NCBI GenBank assembly: GCA_000505065.1
Contig: AWSN01000001.1
Span: 487,772-551,771, forward strand
Reading direction: 5' to 3'
Length of the DNA: 64,000 bases
DNA from: Parcubacteria bacterium RAAC4_OD1_1
GTDB taxonomy: Bacteria > Patescibacteriota > Minisyncoccia > Phycocordibacterales > UBA9973
Shown one piece after another: positions 46,706-56,674 of the stretch. Below the pieces are notes generated by a model. It saw only the letters and a program-made list of their open reading frames with translations. It was not told where the DNA came from and ran no database searches. The number at the start of each line of letters is the position of its first letter. Position 1 is the stretch's first letter. Made by a program: the position numbers and the translations under genes.

Positions 46706-49591
46706 ATGATAAATAAATTTATCAAAAACTACATACTGATCTCCTTAATTGTTTTAATGCAAATTATCACGCCATTAACATCAAGAGCTAGTGTTAATTT
46801 AAATTGGGACAATCCAAATAGTGGTAGAAATCCATATAAATTTAAATTATCTGACTATTTAAATTCAAATATGATGATGCAGGTTGTTGGTTGTACTGGA
46901 GTAGTAGATAAAGTAACACTTTCTATTGGTGATCTTGCTAGTGGAGATCTAGAAAGTCTACAAGACAGATGGACTAGCATTAAAAGAAAAACTGAAGAAG
47001 TAAAAAAATTAGTTATTGAAACAAATAAAGCATTGAGTGTAGCAATGGTACCCAAAGATCCTGGACCAGCCTTAACAGATATAGCTACAGACAGAATAAA
47101 TGAAACAGTTAATACCAAAAACGAAGAACTTCAAAATGCAGTACAAAAACTAAAAGATCAAAATAAATCTGTAAAGATGAGAGAGGAGTGCCTTAATGGT
47201 ATCGCTTATACTCTAGCAAAAAACCAACTTGTAGCAATGACAAAAAGTACTATGAACTGGGTAGCAACGGGGTTTGATGGTGATCCAATGTATGTAAGAA
47301 ATATGCAATTATTTGTCGGAGATATTGAGAGTAGAATAATGAATGCTGAATTAGAATATTTTCAAAATGCAAATCCAAGCAGATACCCATATGGTAGAGA
47401 CTTCGCTAGGTATTACTACGGAGCATACAATTCTGAAAAAAATTTTAGAGATTCAATGTCTCAAACATTAACTAGGCACCTAACTAATGGAAAATCAATC
47501 GAAGATTATACTTATGATTTTTCTGCTGGTGGGTGGGATGCTTGGCTTGGACTTACCCAAGAATCACAAAACAATCCTATAGGATATGCGATAGAAACAA
47601 GTAATTACATATCTAATAAACAACAAGAAGAAATTGAAAATACAAAACAAGAACTAACTCAAAATAATGGGATTATTTCTCAAAGGGTTTGCAAGGTGAC
47701 AAGTGCCACTAAAAAACTAGCTCAAAAAGAAATAAACAAACGAGAAGCTAATCAATACGTTATAGATGCTCAGAATAAAGTTGATGAGGCAGAATATTAT
47801 TATGAGCAAGCAGGTGGTAATGGAAATGACACAGAAGAACTCCAAGATGCAGCAGAAATACTAGCAAATGCAAGAATAGATCTTGAAAAAGCTTTGGCTT
47901 ACCAAGCATCGCTCGATGCAGAAAGTACTGATGCTGCAGAAGGTTGTGATGAATGGGAAATTGTTACTCCAGGAAGTTTTATACAAGATAAAATAAGCAC
48001 ATATCTAAATACACCAGAAACACAATTAGAAATGGCTGACACAATCAATGATGTCTTAAATGTTGTATTTGCAAAATTAATAGATAAATTAAGAATTGAT
48101 GGACTCACCGGGCTTGGATATAGCGCTGTATCAAATAGTAATTATGACTGGCCAACTTCAGTAAATATATCTGGATATGATAGTTCTGGAAACCAGTATG
48201 GTGGAGAAGGAATAAGTACTAGAAATTTTGATTTAACAAAAGATCTAGGTAATACTTACAATCATTCAGATACAACAAATTTAGGAACATGGGATGCTTC
48301 CATAAATAAAGCTATCAAAATAAAAGACAATACAACGACATCCCTTGTTCCTGGAAAGGGTCAAACAAATAGTTATTATACTGTCACAGTAGCTGGTAAA
48401 ACAAAACTTTTTGACGATGATTTAGGTTGGGAAGTTGGAGATAGAGCATTCTTTAATGGTATCTCTTGGCAAAATTGGAAAAAAGATCAAACTAGCCCAA
48501 TAATAAACAGAGGGATAATACAAATACAGCAAGATTACTTAGTTGTAGCAAAAGAACTTTTAAAAATATTACCAGGTGTAATGCCAGCACTTGGTGAACT
48601 TGATTATTGTATACCAGGACCAAATCCAAATTGGGAAATAAATATGAGTGACAACAGTGTAGCTTTCTTTGATTTTGTATCTGAATTAAAAACCACATAT
48701 AAACAAGCAGATGATTGGTTTGAAAAAGATTCTGTTGACATAACATGGGCAGGGGAAGACGCAAATAGTGATGCTTATAAAAATTATCGTAGTATATTTG
48801 CAAACTCTTATTTATCTGGATGGAAAGATAATTGGACTAGCTGGAGCTTAGCTATGAATACAAAAATTATGAATTATATAGATGTTCTTGCTAATGGCGA
48901 AGACTGGACAGGAGAAAAAGGGGTAGCTGAAGCAGAAGAAGAAATAGGAGAATTGATAAGTAATATTGTTGAAAGTTTTTCAATGTTCAAAGATGAATAT
49001 GGTAAAACAATAAGTGATACTTATGGAACGATTCAACAAGAATATTTCTTGAATGAAAAGACAAACACCAAAACTCCAAATAATGCTTATATACCTATGG
49101 CAAAAGAAGGTCTTACTTTAACTAAAAAAATTACAGATTATAATAATGAGGTTTCAGATTCAATACAAGATCTTAAAAATACAATGGGTGAAACAGATTC
49201 AACGATATCTAAATTAGAAAAAATAAGAAGTGAGGTTGGAAAAATAATAAAAGCAGCTCAAGATAGAAGAGATGAAACTATAACAATAGCATTAAATGCA
49301 AAAGGAGAAAATTTTACTACAAATACTGCCTATAAAATTAAATACCAGGTATGTCTAAATGAAGAAAATATAGATTATCTAAAAGACTATGATCTTACAC
49401 AAGAAGAAGAAAATAGGTGTGATGACAGAATAGATAATGATTTCGATGGACTCATAGACTCAAAAGACCCAGATTGTTCAGGATCAGGAAACACCAACAC
49501 AGAAAGAGACAGAAGAAGTGGTGGTAATAGTATTTATAATGATTACTATGAAAGTGATCAACCTTATATAAACACAGATCGAGGATATTAA
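46706..49591 (+). CDS. Large secreted hypothetical protein with C-terminal Cys-bracketed DxDxDG calcium-binding-like loop
   Basis: 961 aa with a signal peptide. The C-terminal motif CDDRIDNDFDGLIDSKDPDC follows a coiled-coil region. Confidence 0.5.
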   Translation: MINKFIKNYILISLIVLMQIITPLTSRASVNLNWDNPNSGRNPYKFKLSDYLNSNMMMQVVGCTGVVDKVTLSIGDLASGDLESLQDRWTSIKRKTEEVKKLVIETNKALSVAMVPKDPGPALTDIATDRINETVNTKNEELQNAVQKLKDQNKSVKMREECLNGIAYTLAKNQLVAMTKSTMNWVATGFDGDPMYVRNMQLFVGDIESRIMNAELEYFQNANPSRYPYGRDFARYYYGAYNSEKNFRDSMSQTLTRHLTNGKSIEDYTYDFSAGGWDAWLGLTQESQNNPIGYAIETSNYISNKQQEEIENTKQELTQNNGIISQRVCKVTSATKKLAQKEINKREANQYVIDAQNKVDEAEYYYEQAGGNGNDTEELQDAAEILANARIDLEKALAYQASLDAESTDAAEGCDEWEIVTPGSFIQDKISTYLNTPETQLEMADTINDVLNVVFAKLIDKLRIDGLTGLGYSAVSNSNYDWPTSVNISGYDSSGNQYGGEGISTRNFDLTKDLGNTYNHSDTTNLGTWDASINKAIKIKDNTTTSLVPGKGQTNSYYTVTVAGKTKLFDDDLGWEVGDRAFFNGISWQNWKKDQTSPIINRGIIQIQQDYLVVAKELLKILPGVMPALGELDYCIPGPNPNWEINMSDNSVAFFDFVSELKTTYKQADDWFEKDSVDITWAGEDANSDAYKNYRSIFANSYLSGWKDNWTSWSLAMNTKIMNYIDVLANGEDWTGEKGVAEAEEEIGELISNIVESFSMFKDEYGKTISDTYGTIQQEYFLNEKTNTKTPNNAYIPMAKEGLTLTKKITDYNNEVSDSIQDLKNTMGETDSTISKLEKIRSEVGKIIKAAQDRRDETITIALNAKGENFTTNTAYKIKYQVCLNEENIDYLKDYDLTQEEENRCDDRIDNDFDGLIDSKDPDCSGSGNTNTERDRRSGGNSIYNDYYESDQPYINTDRGY

Positions 49592-49605
49592 TTAATAAAT
49601 TATTT

Positions 49606-51696
49606 ATGGAAAACAAACCTAAAAAAAGTAAAGCGTTCATAATAACATTTATACTAGTACTAATAATACTTTTGGTGGGTTATTTATTATTTAAAAATAA
49701 AAATGGAATCTTTCAAATAAATAGTACAGAAAATACAAACAAAACTTTTGAATCTCTTTCGGAAACAAAAGAAGTAAAAGATTTGGGATATATAGACGTA
49801 GATACTGCAAATGAATGTATCTCTATTTCTGTAATTGCTGAAGAGGATATTTTTAAAGGTGAAGCAGTGTATGTATCCGGAGTAGGAGCAAACAAAGAAC
49901 CATTAGCAAAGAAAGCTATAGCAAATGATGAAACAAAATCAAAAGTAATTGGTGTCGCTATGGCAAATATTTTAGCTGGTACTACAGGAATAATAGCAAA
50001 TGATTGTATTGTGACAGGATTAAATACAGACAGAAATGAGGAGACTGTATGGCAAATAGGAGATATCCTCTACTTAAGTGATACAATATCAGGAGCTCTT
50101 ACAAAAAACCCTCCATCAAACAAAATAATAGTAGGAGTAGTAAAAACAGTTAATGCAATTGATGGATCTATTAAAGTGGGAGGAGCTGGAACAAATATTT
50201 TTGACTTATCGCAAGCTATTAAAGATGCAGGGATAGACACCAGCAAAGGAATAGTTTACGCAATAGAAAAATTGAAAAAACTGTTTGGAAATATTTTTGG
50301 ATATGAATACAATGGAGGAGAGTTTGATGCTAATGGACTAGGTGAGTGGGTTTGGGATGAAGAATATGGTGGATTTGTTTGGAAATGGAAAGGTGGTACA
50401 GGCGGATTTACTGGGCCAGATTTTCCAGATTTTGGATTTGAAAAAGCTTGTAGTAATGAAAACGATGATGACGGGGACGGATTTACAGATATAAATGATC
50501 CACAATGTCATATCGATGGAATTATTACAAATGAATATGTGCCTACACATTATTCAGAAGAGATAAATGCCATAAATCCAAATTTATATGCTTGCAGCAA
50601 TACACTTGATGATGATAACGATGAATTAATAGATATAAATGATCCACAATGTCATATCGATGGAATTATTACAAACGAATATGTGCCTACACATTATTCA
50701 GAAGAAATAAATGCTCCAAATTCAGATATAATACCGACACCAGATAGTGTTTGTGAAAATGGTATGTCCAACTATCCACTTTGTACAATTAACGAAAATG
50801 GAAATTGTGGAAATGGTGCGATAAACCCACCAATATGTACAGAATTTAGTAATGAAGATGAAACAGATCCAACAGGTGAAAATACTGAAACAAATATGTG
50901 TGCAGTTTTTGATGAACATCCTCTTGAATTTACAGAGAGTGAAAAAGCACAGCTTGCAGAACTTCTTCGAGAATTTTATTTAATTGCTCCTACTCTCAAA
51001 ACAGAAGATGATATAGATGCTCTATATACTGAAATAAATAGATATGAGCAATTAATAGATCAGTCAAAAAAACTTACCAAACAGTGTTATCTTGAATCTG
51101 CATATAGTGCACAATGGGAATATAATGATCCAACATGGACATATGCAGGGGCTGGATCATTCTGTGCAAGAAATCCAGAATACTGTAGTAAAAAGGGTGT
51201 CACGAGTCAAACAAATTGTGATCTTTATGGATGCGCAGATGGAGTAGATGTATTTAATGATAAATACACAGGCCCTACAAAAAGAGGAGGGAACCCTTGG
51301 TTTAGGTCAATAACAATAGGTGGATATGTAGATAACACAAAATACAGCACACCAAAGATAAATACTGACGTAAATTATGTTATGAAAAGTCACGGCAATG
51401 ATAGACCAGAAAGCTCAAAACATTCACAAGAAGTACTAGAGAGTGGGTGGTGGACTTATGCAACGCCTATTTTTGGTGTGTTTACAACATTTAAAGCTTT
51501 TGATGAAAAAAATATGGTGCCTGATTATTATTTTACAATACCAAATACAATATATACTCCACTAATTACAAAACTACCTGCATCTCAAAATGGTAGAAAC
51601 TTTCAACAAGATTGGGAATTCTATTTTGATTTTGATTTAAACAAGGTTATGTTGGAAAGACTTAAAGAGTTTGAGTTGTTACTTTATATCTGGTAA
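49606..51696 (+). CDS. Hypothetical membrane-anchored extracellular protein with duplicated DDDGDG...DPQC calcium-binding-like repeats
   Basis: 696 aa with an N-terminal TM helix. A ~55-aa repeat occurs twice, encoded by a near-identical ~85-bp direct repeat. Confidence 0.5.
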   Translation: MENKPKKSKAFIITFILVLIILLVGYLLFKNKNGIFQINSTENTNKTFESLSETKEVKDLGYIDVDTANECISISVIAEEDIFKGEAVYVSGVGANKEPLAKKAIANDETKSKVIGVAMANILAGTTGIIANDCIVTGLNTDRNEETVWQIGDILYLSDTISGALTKNPPSNKIIVGVVKTVNAIDGSIKVGGAGTNIFDLSQAIKDAGIDTSKGIVYAIEKLKKLFGNIFGYEYNGGEFDANGLGEWVWDEEYGGFVWKWKGGTGGFTGPDFPDFGFEKACSNENDDDGDGFTDINDPQCHIDGIITNEYVPTHYSEEINAINPNLYACSNTLDDDNDELIDINDPQCHIDGIITNEYVPTHYSEEINAPNSDIIPTPDSVCENGMSNYPLCTINENGNCGNGAINPPICTEFSNEDETDPTGENTETNMCAVFDEHPLEFTESEKAQLAELLREFYLIAPTLKTEDDIDALYTEINRYEQLIDQSKKLTKQCYLESAYSAQWEYNDPTWTYAGAGSFCARNPEYCSKKGVTSQTNCDLYGCADGVDVFNDKYTGPTKRGGNPWFRSITIGGYVDNTKYSTPKINTDVNYVMKSHGNDRPESSKHSQEVLESGWWTYATPIFGVFTTFKAFDEKNMVPDYYFTIPNTIYTPLITKLPASQNGRNFQQDWEFYFDFDLNKVMLERLKEFELLLYIW

Positions 51697-51779
51697 TTTA
51701 AGAGATTTTGTTTTTAGAATTTGGTATAATAAAATAAGTTTTGTTAAAAAAGATAAATGAAACCTGTTAGAAATAAAAA

Positions 51780-54464
51780 ATGAAGAAGTTTTTTTCCTAC
51801 ATTTTAATATCAATAGTTATGGTGGCCAACCTCCTCGCGCCTTTTAGTATGAAATTGGGGAGTAATTATTTGCCAAGAATTGAAAAAAATGAAGCGAGTG
51901 CAGATGCAAAGCAAATAACAATGACAACAACAGCGAAGGGAACAACAATAAACGCAACAGTAACAGCTGTATTTACGGGTGAAGCTAATCAAATAAATTT
52001 TGCTTCTGTTTTTCTATATGATCAATACCCATATGATGAAAACAATAAACCAGCTGAAATAGATTCTATTGATAGTAGAGATGTTTTTGGAGAATTTAAA
52101 ATTTTAAACAATGATGAGGATATAACCAAAACAGCAACCGTGTCATTTGACAATCTAACTCCTGAAAAAACATATTATTTGGTAGCAGTAGGTGGTACAA
52201 AAAGTATCTTTAAAGCTTTAATTAATTTAAACACACTAAGATTTAATAAACTTTTTGAGTCAACAAGTAAAACTGGTTATACAAATGCAATACCACAAGA
52301 AACAGGAATGAAAGACTCCCAAGTTTTAATCCAAGGATCTGGAACAGCATCTGCTTTTAATGCAGACGCGGCTCTACCTTCTTGTAAGGCAACAGATGCA
52401 ACTACTTGGGTTCGAGGTTGTGTAGTTAGACTTATTTATTATATTATTTTTGTGCCAACATCTTTTTTCTTTGCATTAACTGGAATGTTTCTTGATTCAA
52501 CATTTGCTTATACAGTAGATAGTGCTTCATATCAAACTCAATTCATAACCCAAAGTTGGGGAATAGTTAGAGACCTTTGTAATATGTTCTTTATATTTGT
52601 ACTTCTATATATTGCTTTTTCAACAATACTCGAAATACATGGATTTAATACAAAAAAGACAATTATTAATGTAATAATCATTGGTCTTTTAATAAATTTC
52701 AGTTTATTTGCTGTGAGAATTATGGTGGATGCATCAAACATACTAGCTAGGGTTTTCTATAACTCAGATACAATAAAAATTACTAACGTCTCAGCCTTAA
52801 ATATCAGTAATATGGTAGATAAACCAAACGAAAATGGAGTAATTTCTATCTCGGCTGCTATTGTAAACAAAATAAACCCACAAGTTTTAATATTAAAAGC
52901 AAATGGCAATGAACAAGCTGGAATGGGTGGTTTCTCAACTATCTCTTATGTTGTTATTGTGTTACTTGCTTCTATTGTAAATATAGTGGGCATAATAGTA
53001 TTCCTATCTACAGGATTACTTTTTGTGACAAGAGTCATAGGGCTTTGGATAGCGATGATACTTTCTCCACTTGCATTTTTTACCTATATAATTCCATCTT
53101 GGAGTAAACAAAAAATGATAGGATGGGAAAACTGGTGGCCAGACACTCTAAAAATGGCTTTCCTTGCTCCTATTTTTATTTTCTTTATGTATATAATTCT
53201 TCAATTTATGGATACAGGACTTGGGCTTTTTGATGCAGCAGAAGAAGAAGGAATGACATTAATATTAGCAATAGTTATTCCTTTCATATTTATAATGATA
53301 CTTCTCTGGCAAGCGAAAAAAATTGCAAGCGATATGTCTGGAGAAATGGGACAATCTATAACTAAAGGTGTCGCTGCTGTCGGTGGCCTTGCTCTCGGTG
53401 GGGCAGCTTTGGGAGTAGCAGGATTGGGTAGAAAGTTTATAGGTGGAACAATGGCAAAAGCCTCTAGTGGAAATACTGCAACTCAAAAATATCTGGCAGC
53501 ACAAGGAGACCCTAATGCTATGGCTAAATTAAGCAAATGGGAACAAATGAAAGGTAGAATGGGGGCAAGAGTTGGTATGGATAAAGTTTACGGGAGGGTT
53601 GGAACAGATGCAAATGGAAATAAAGTTATTACCGGAGGGGTTGGAAAATATGTAAACGATAAACAAAAACATGTTGGTAATATAGATCATGCGAGACATG
53701 AAATGGATGAAACTAAAAAAGCAGCTGGGCTTACTGGGGTTACAAACTTAACCGGGGAAGATGAGAAGAAGCTTGAATCAACTTTTGCAAAAAATAAAAG
53801 ATCTGAAGTTGAAGCTAATGTAAGAAGAGGAACGGATAATAAAAAAGATATTGCATTAAAAGATAATGATGGTAATGCACTATTAGATGGACAGGGAAAT
53901 GAAATTAAGGGTGAAGATGCTTGGAAAAAAGAAAAGAGAAGTGAAATTGAAACTAATTACATAAATGATCCTAATAATAATATAAAAAGTGTAGAAGATC
54001 TAACAGATAAAGATAAGAAAAATATTGAAAATGAATTAAATAAACAATTTAACCTTGTTCTTAAAAATACAACAGAAAAAGAAATTAAAAGTTTATTTGA
54101 AGATATTAAGAAAGAGGCAAATACAAAAGTTGGTTCTCTTGATAGAGTAACAGCAACAGCAAACAAAAGAAGCTTTGACATAAGAAACATTTCAGATGTT
54201 AATAAAACAGACAAAAGAGATGGTTTTATGACAAAAACAGCTGCATTTTTGGCTTCTACTGTCGCACTTGGTGTGAGGACAGGATTTAAAACTTCAGGAA
54301 TTAACATTGGAACAAGTCAAAGGGATTTTATTTTGGATTTAAAAAATACAATTACTGAAGCATTTAAAAATGTAAAAATTGAAGTCCCTAAAGCTTCTGG
54401 TGGAGGAGATCATGGGGGTGGGGGACACGGAGGAGGCGATCACGGAGGTGGGGGACACCATTAA
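51780..54464 (+). CDS. Large polytopic membrane protein, possible VirB6/TrbL-like T4SS channel component, with Gly/His-rich C-terminal tail
   Basis: The signal peptide and ectodomain are followed by at least 6 TM helices, a coiled C-terminal domain, and a GGGDHGGGGHGGGDHGGGGHH tail. Confidence 0.35.
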   Translation: MKKFFSYILISIVMVANLLAPFSMKLGSNYLPRIEKNEASADAKQITMTTTAKGTTINATVTAVFTGEANQINFASVFLYDQYPYDENNKPAEIDSIDSRDVFGEFKILNNDEDITKTATVSFDNLTPEKTYYLVAVGGTKSIFKALINLNTLRFNKLFESTSKTGYTNAIPQETGMKDSQVLIQGSGTASAFNADAALPSCKATDATTWVRGCVVRLIYYIIFVPTSFFFALTGMFLDSTFAYTVDSASYQTQFITQSWGIVRDLCNMFFIFVLLYIAFSTILEIHGFNTKKTIINVIIIGLLINFSLFAVRIMVDASNILARVFYNSDTIKITNVSALNISNMVDKPNENGVISISAAIVNKINPQVLILKANGNEQAGMGGFSTISYVVIVLLASIVNIVGIIVFLSTGLLFVTRVIGLWIAMILSPLAFFTYIIPSWSKQKMIGWENWWPDTLKMAFLAPIFIFFMYIILQFMDTGLGLFDAAEEEGMTLILAIVIPFIFIMILLWQAKKIASDMSGEMGQSITKGVAAVGGLALGGAALGVAGLGRKFIGGTMAKASSGNTATQKYLAAQGDPNAMAKLSKWEQMKGRMGARVGMDKVYGRVGTDANGNKVITGGVGKYVNDKQKHVGNIDHARHEMDETKKAAGLTGVTNLTGEDEKKLESTFAKNKRSEVEANVRRGTDNKKDIALKDNDGNALLDGQGNEIKGEDAWKKEKRSEIETNYINDPNNNIKSVEDLTDKDKKNIENELNKQFNLVLKNTTEKEIKSLFEDIKKEANTKVGSLDRVTATANKRSFDIRNISDVNKTDKRDGFMTKTAAFLASTVALGVRTGFKTSGINIGTSQRDFILDLKNTITEAFKNVKIEVPKASGGGDHGGGGHGGGDHGGGGHH

Positions 54465-54492
54465 TTAGTGATTAGTAACTAGTGACTAGTGA
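54464..54492 (+). promoter_or_regulatory. ACTAG-repeat motif (reverse orientation) upstream of gene 54514
   Basis: ttagtgattagtaactagtgactagtgat is followed by an AAGGA Shine-Dalgarno. Confidence 0.45.
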
Positions 54493-54513
54493 TAAGGAAA
54501 ATAAAAAATTAAA

Positions 54514-55437
54514 ATGCAAAACCAAGAATTACAACAAAAAATAGGAGAATTCTATGTAAGACTTCCAGAAGATTTAAAAAGTGTGTTTTCTGATATGAGT
54601 TGGATGGAAAAAGTTCGGACAATTGGTGTAAAAAATTATTTAAATGATAGACAAAAAGAAATTCTAATTACAGAAACAACCTTAGTCCTTCTTGGAATAA
54701 TAAATACTTATGATTATGAATCAAACCTTACAAACGAGCTTGGTCTTTCTGTTGAACCTCTCACTAAACTCATAAAAGATTTGGATGAATCTATTTTTGT
54801 GGGTATAAAAGAAAAACTAAATGATGTATTTACAAACAACGTAGATTATTTAATGACTTCAAAATATGGTAGTTTAGATAAAATAAAGGAAGAATTTACA
54901 AAACTCCCAGAAGAAATACAAGAATGGATAGATAATTCAAATTATCAATCAAAAATATATGAAATAGGTGAAAAATATAAACTTACTGCGACCCAAATGC
55001 TAGATATTGAAGGAATCATCTCAAGAGTTATGATGGGTAATTTACCTTTTCTTAAATATGAAGAAGAAATCAAATTAAAACTTGGTGATGGTTTTCCAAA
55101 AATAAATCCAATTTTATATGAAATAAAAGAAAACATATTAAAAGAAGCGGAAGAAAAATTAAACAAATTGACAGTTCTAAATAAAATAGGAGCAACAAAA
55201 ATAGAGATAAATAAAGGAGAAGATGTTGTACCAAGACCTCCATATGCTCAAATGATCACAAATAATTATGATCTTAAGGGAGAAAGGGTAAACAATGTTA
55301 GAAGTTCTATTTTAGTATCAAAACCAGCCCCTAAAAATGAAAAAGAAATATACACAAATTCGGGAATAGAAATAGTTGAACACCAAGAAGAAACTCAATC
55401 TAAACCAAAAATAGACCCTTATCACGAGGAAATATAA
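54514..55437 (+). CDS. Hypothetical cytoplasmic protein
   Basis: 307 aa. An ACTAG-repeat motif lies upstream. Confidence 0.45.
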   Translation: MQNQELQQKIGEFYVRLPEDLKSVFSDMSWMEKVRTIGVKNYLNDRQKEILITETTLVLLGIINTYDYESNLTNELGLSVEPLTKLIKDLDESIFVGIKEKLNDVFTNNVDYLMTSKYGSLDKIKEEFTKLPEEIQEWIDNSNYQSKIYEIGEKYKLTATQMLDIEGIISRVMMGNLPFLKYEEEIKLKLGDGFPKINPILYEIKENILKEAEEKLNKLTVLNKIGATKIEINKGEDVVPRPPYAQMITNNYDLKGERVNNVRSSILVSKPAPKNEKEIYTNSGIEIVEHQEETQSKPKIDPYHEEI

Positions 55438-55497
55438 ATTATTAATTAAATTGTTTTGTGATATAATACTAATATAAGTTAATTAGTAATTATTGAA

Positions 55498-56013
55498 ATG
55501 CAATTTAGAGTTCCACAATTTATAGACATAGAAGACAAACTTTTTGGACCGTTTACGTTTCGGCAATTTGTATATCTCACTGGTGGAGCAGGGGGAGTTT
55601 TTGTACTATATAAAATTTTACCATTTTGGCTAGCAATTATTTTTATAATACCCGTCATTTCACTAACTCTACTTCTCACTTTTTATAAAATTAATGAGAA
55701 ACCATTTATATATTACCTAGAAGCAGGTCTTGGTTATTTTATATCAAACAAATTATATCTCTGGAAACAAAGAAAAGTTAAAAAAAATACAGAGGAAATA
55801 AATACTTCTGTTAATATTACTTCTGTAATCCCAATGTCAACAGGGAGTAATAGGCTTGGTGATTTATCTTTCAAATTAGATACAGAAGGAGAAAATACAA
55901 ATATCTCGGCTTATAAACAAATGAAAAAAGATAATGCTCAAAAAATAGATCTAAACATTACAGAAGAAGATATAGTAAAAGATATTTCAAATTATGATAC
56001 AATAAACAAATAA
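55498..56013 (+). CDS. Small two-TM membrane protein, VirB3-like (position immediately upstream of VirB4-like genes)
   Basis: A hairpin of two TM helices (VYLTGGAGGVFVLYKILPFWLAIIFIIPVISLTLLL) sits immediately upstream of the VirB4-like ORFs. Confidence 0.35.
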   Translation: MQFRVPQFIDIEDKLFGPFTFRQFVYLTGGAGGVFVLYKILPFWLAIIFIIPVISLTLLLTFYKINEKPFIYYLEAGLGYFISNKLYLWKQRKVKKNTEEINTSVNITSVIPMSTGSNRLGDLSFKLDTEGENTNISAYKQMKKDNAQKIDLNITEEDIVKDISNYDTINK

Positions 56014-56019
56014 ACAAAT

Positions 56020-56667
56020 ATGGCAATCAACGCAAAAAGTTCACAAGATTTTGTACCAATAAAAGAAGTGAGAGATGGGGTTATCATTCTTAAAGATGGA
56101 GGCCTTCGTTCTGTTCTTATTGCTTCATCTATAAATTTGTCACTTAAATCAAACGATGAACAACTTGCAATAATAAATCAGTTTCAATCATTCTTAAATG
56201 GTCTTGATTTTCAAACACAAATTGTCGTCCAATCAAGAAGACTAGACATAAGACCATATTTAATGACACTTGAAGAAAGATTTAAAGAGCAAGTAGAGCC
56301 ACTTCTTAAAATTCAAACCAAAGAATACATAGAGTTTATAACTCGGTTTACTGATGAAGTAAACATAATGAGAAAAACTTTCTTTGTTGTTGTACCTTAT
56401 AATTCAAACATTATAAAATCTAGTGAAAAAATAGTGGATAAAATTATAGGTGGAGGATCATCAGCACCCAAAAATCCAAACAAAAGTATAGATACAGCTT
56501 CGTTTGAGGAAAAGAGAACTCAGCTAGACCAAAGAGTAAATGTTATAATTTCTGAATTAAGTAGACTTGGTATAAGATGTACAGAACTCAAATCAGATGA
56601 AGTAATAGAGCTATTTTATAAAACTTTCAATCCTGGAGATATTAGTAGTGGAATAAAATTAGAATAA
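56020..56667 (+). CDS. VirB4/TrbE/CagE N-terminal domain-like protein (first half of a split VirB4)
   Basis: DGVIILKDGGLRSVLIASSINLSLKSNDEQLAIINQFQSFL aligns with the VirB4 N-terminal region DHIVLLEDGSIMAMFHLHGLPFELAPNEERNARIEALNMLL, which I recalled from A. tumefaciens VirB4. Confidence 0.45.
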   Translation: MAINAKSSQDFVPIKEVRDGVIILKDGGLRSVLIASSINLSLKSNDEQLAIINQFQSFLNGLDFQTQIVVQSRRLDIRPYLMTLEERFKEQVEPLLKIQTKEYIEFITRFTDEVNIMRKTFFVVVPYNSNIIKSSEKIVDKIIGGGSSAPKNPNKSIDTASFEEKRTQLDQRVNVIISELSRLGIRCTELKSDEVIELFYKTFNPGDISSGIKLE

Positions 56668-56674
56668 TATTATT

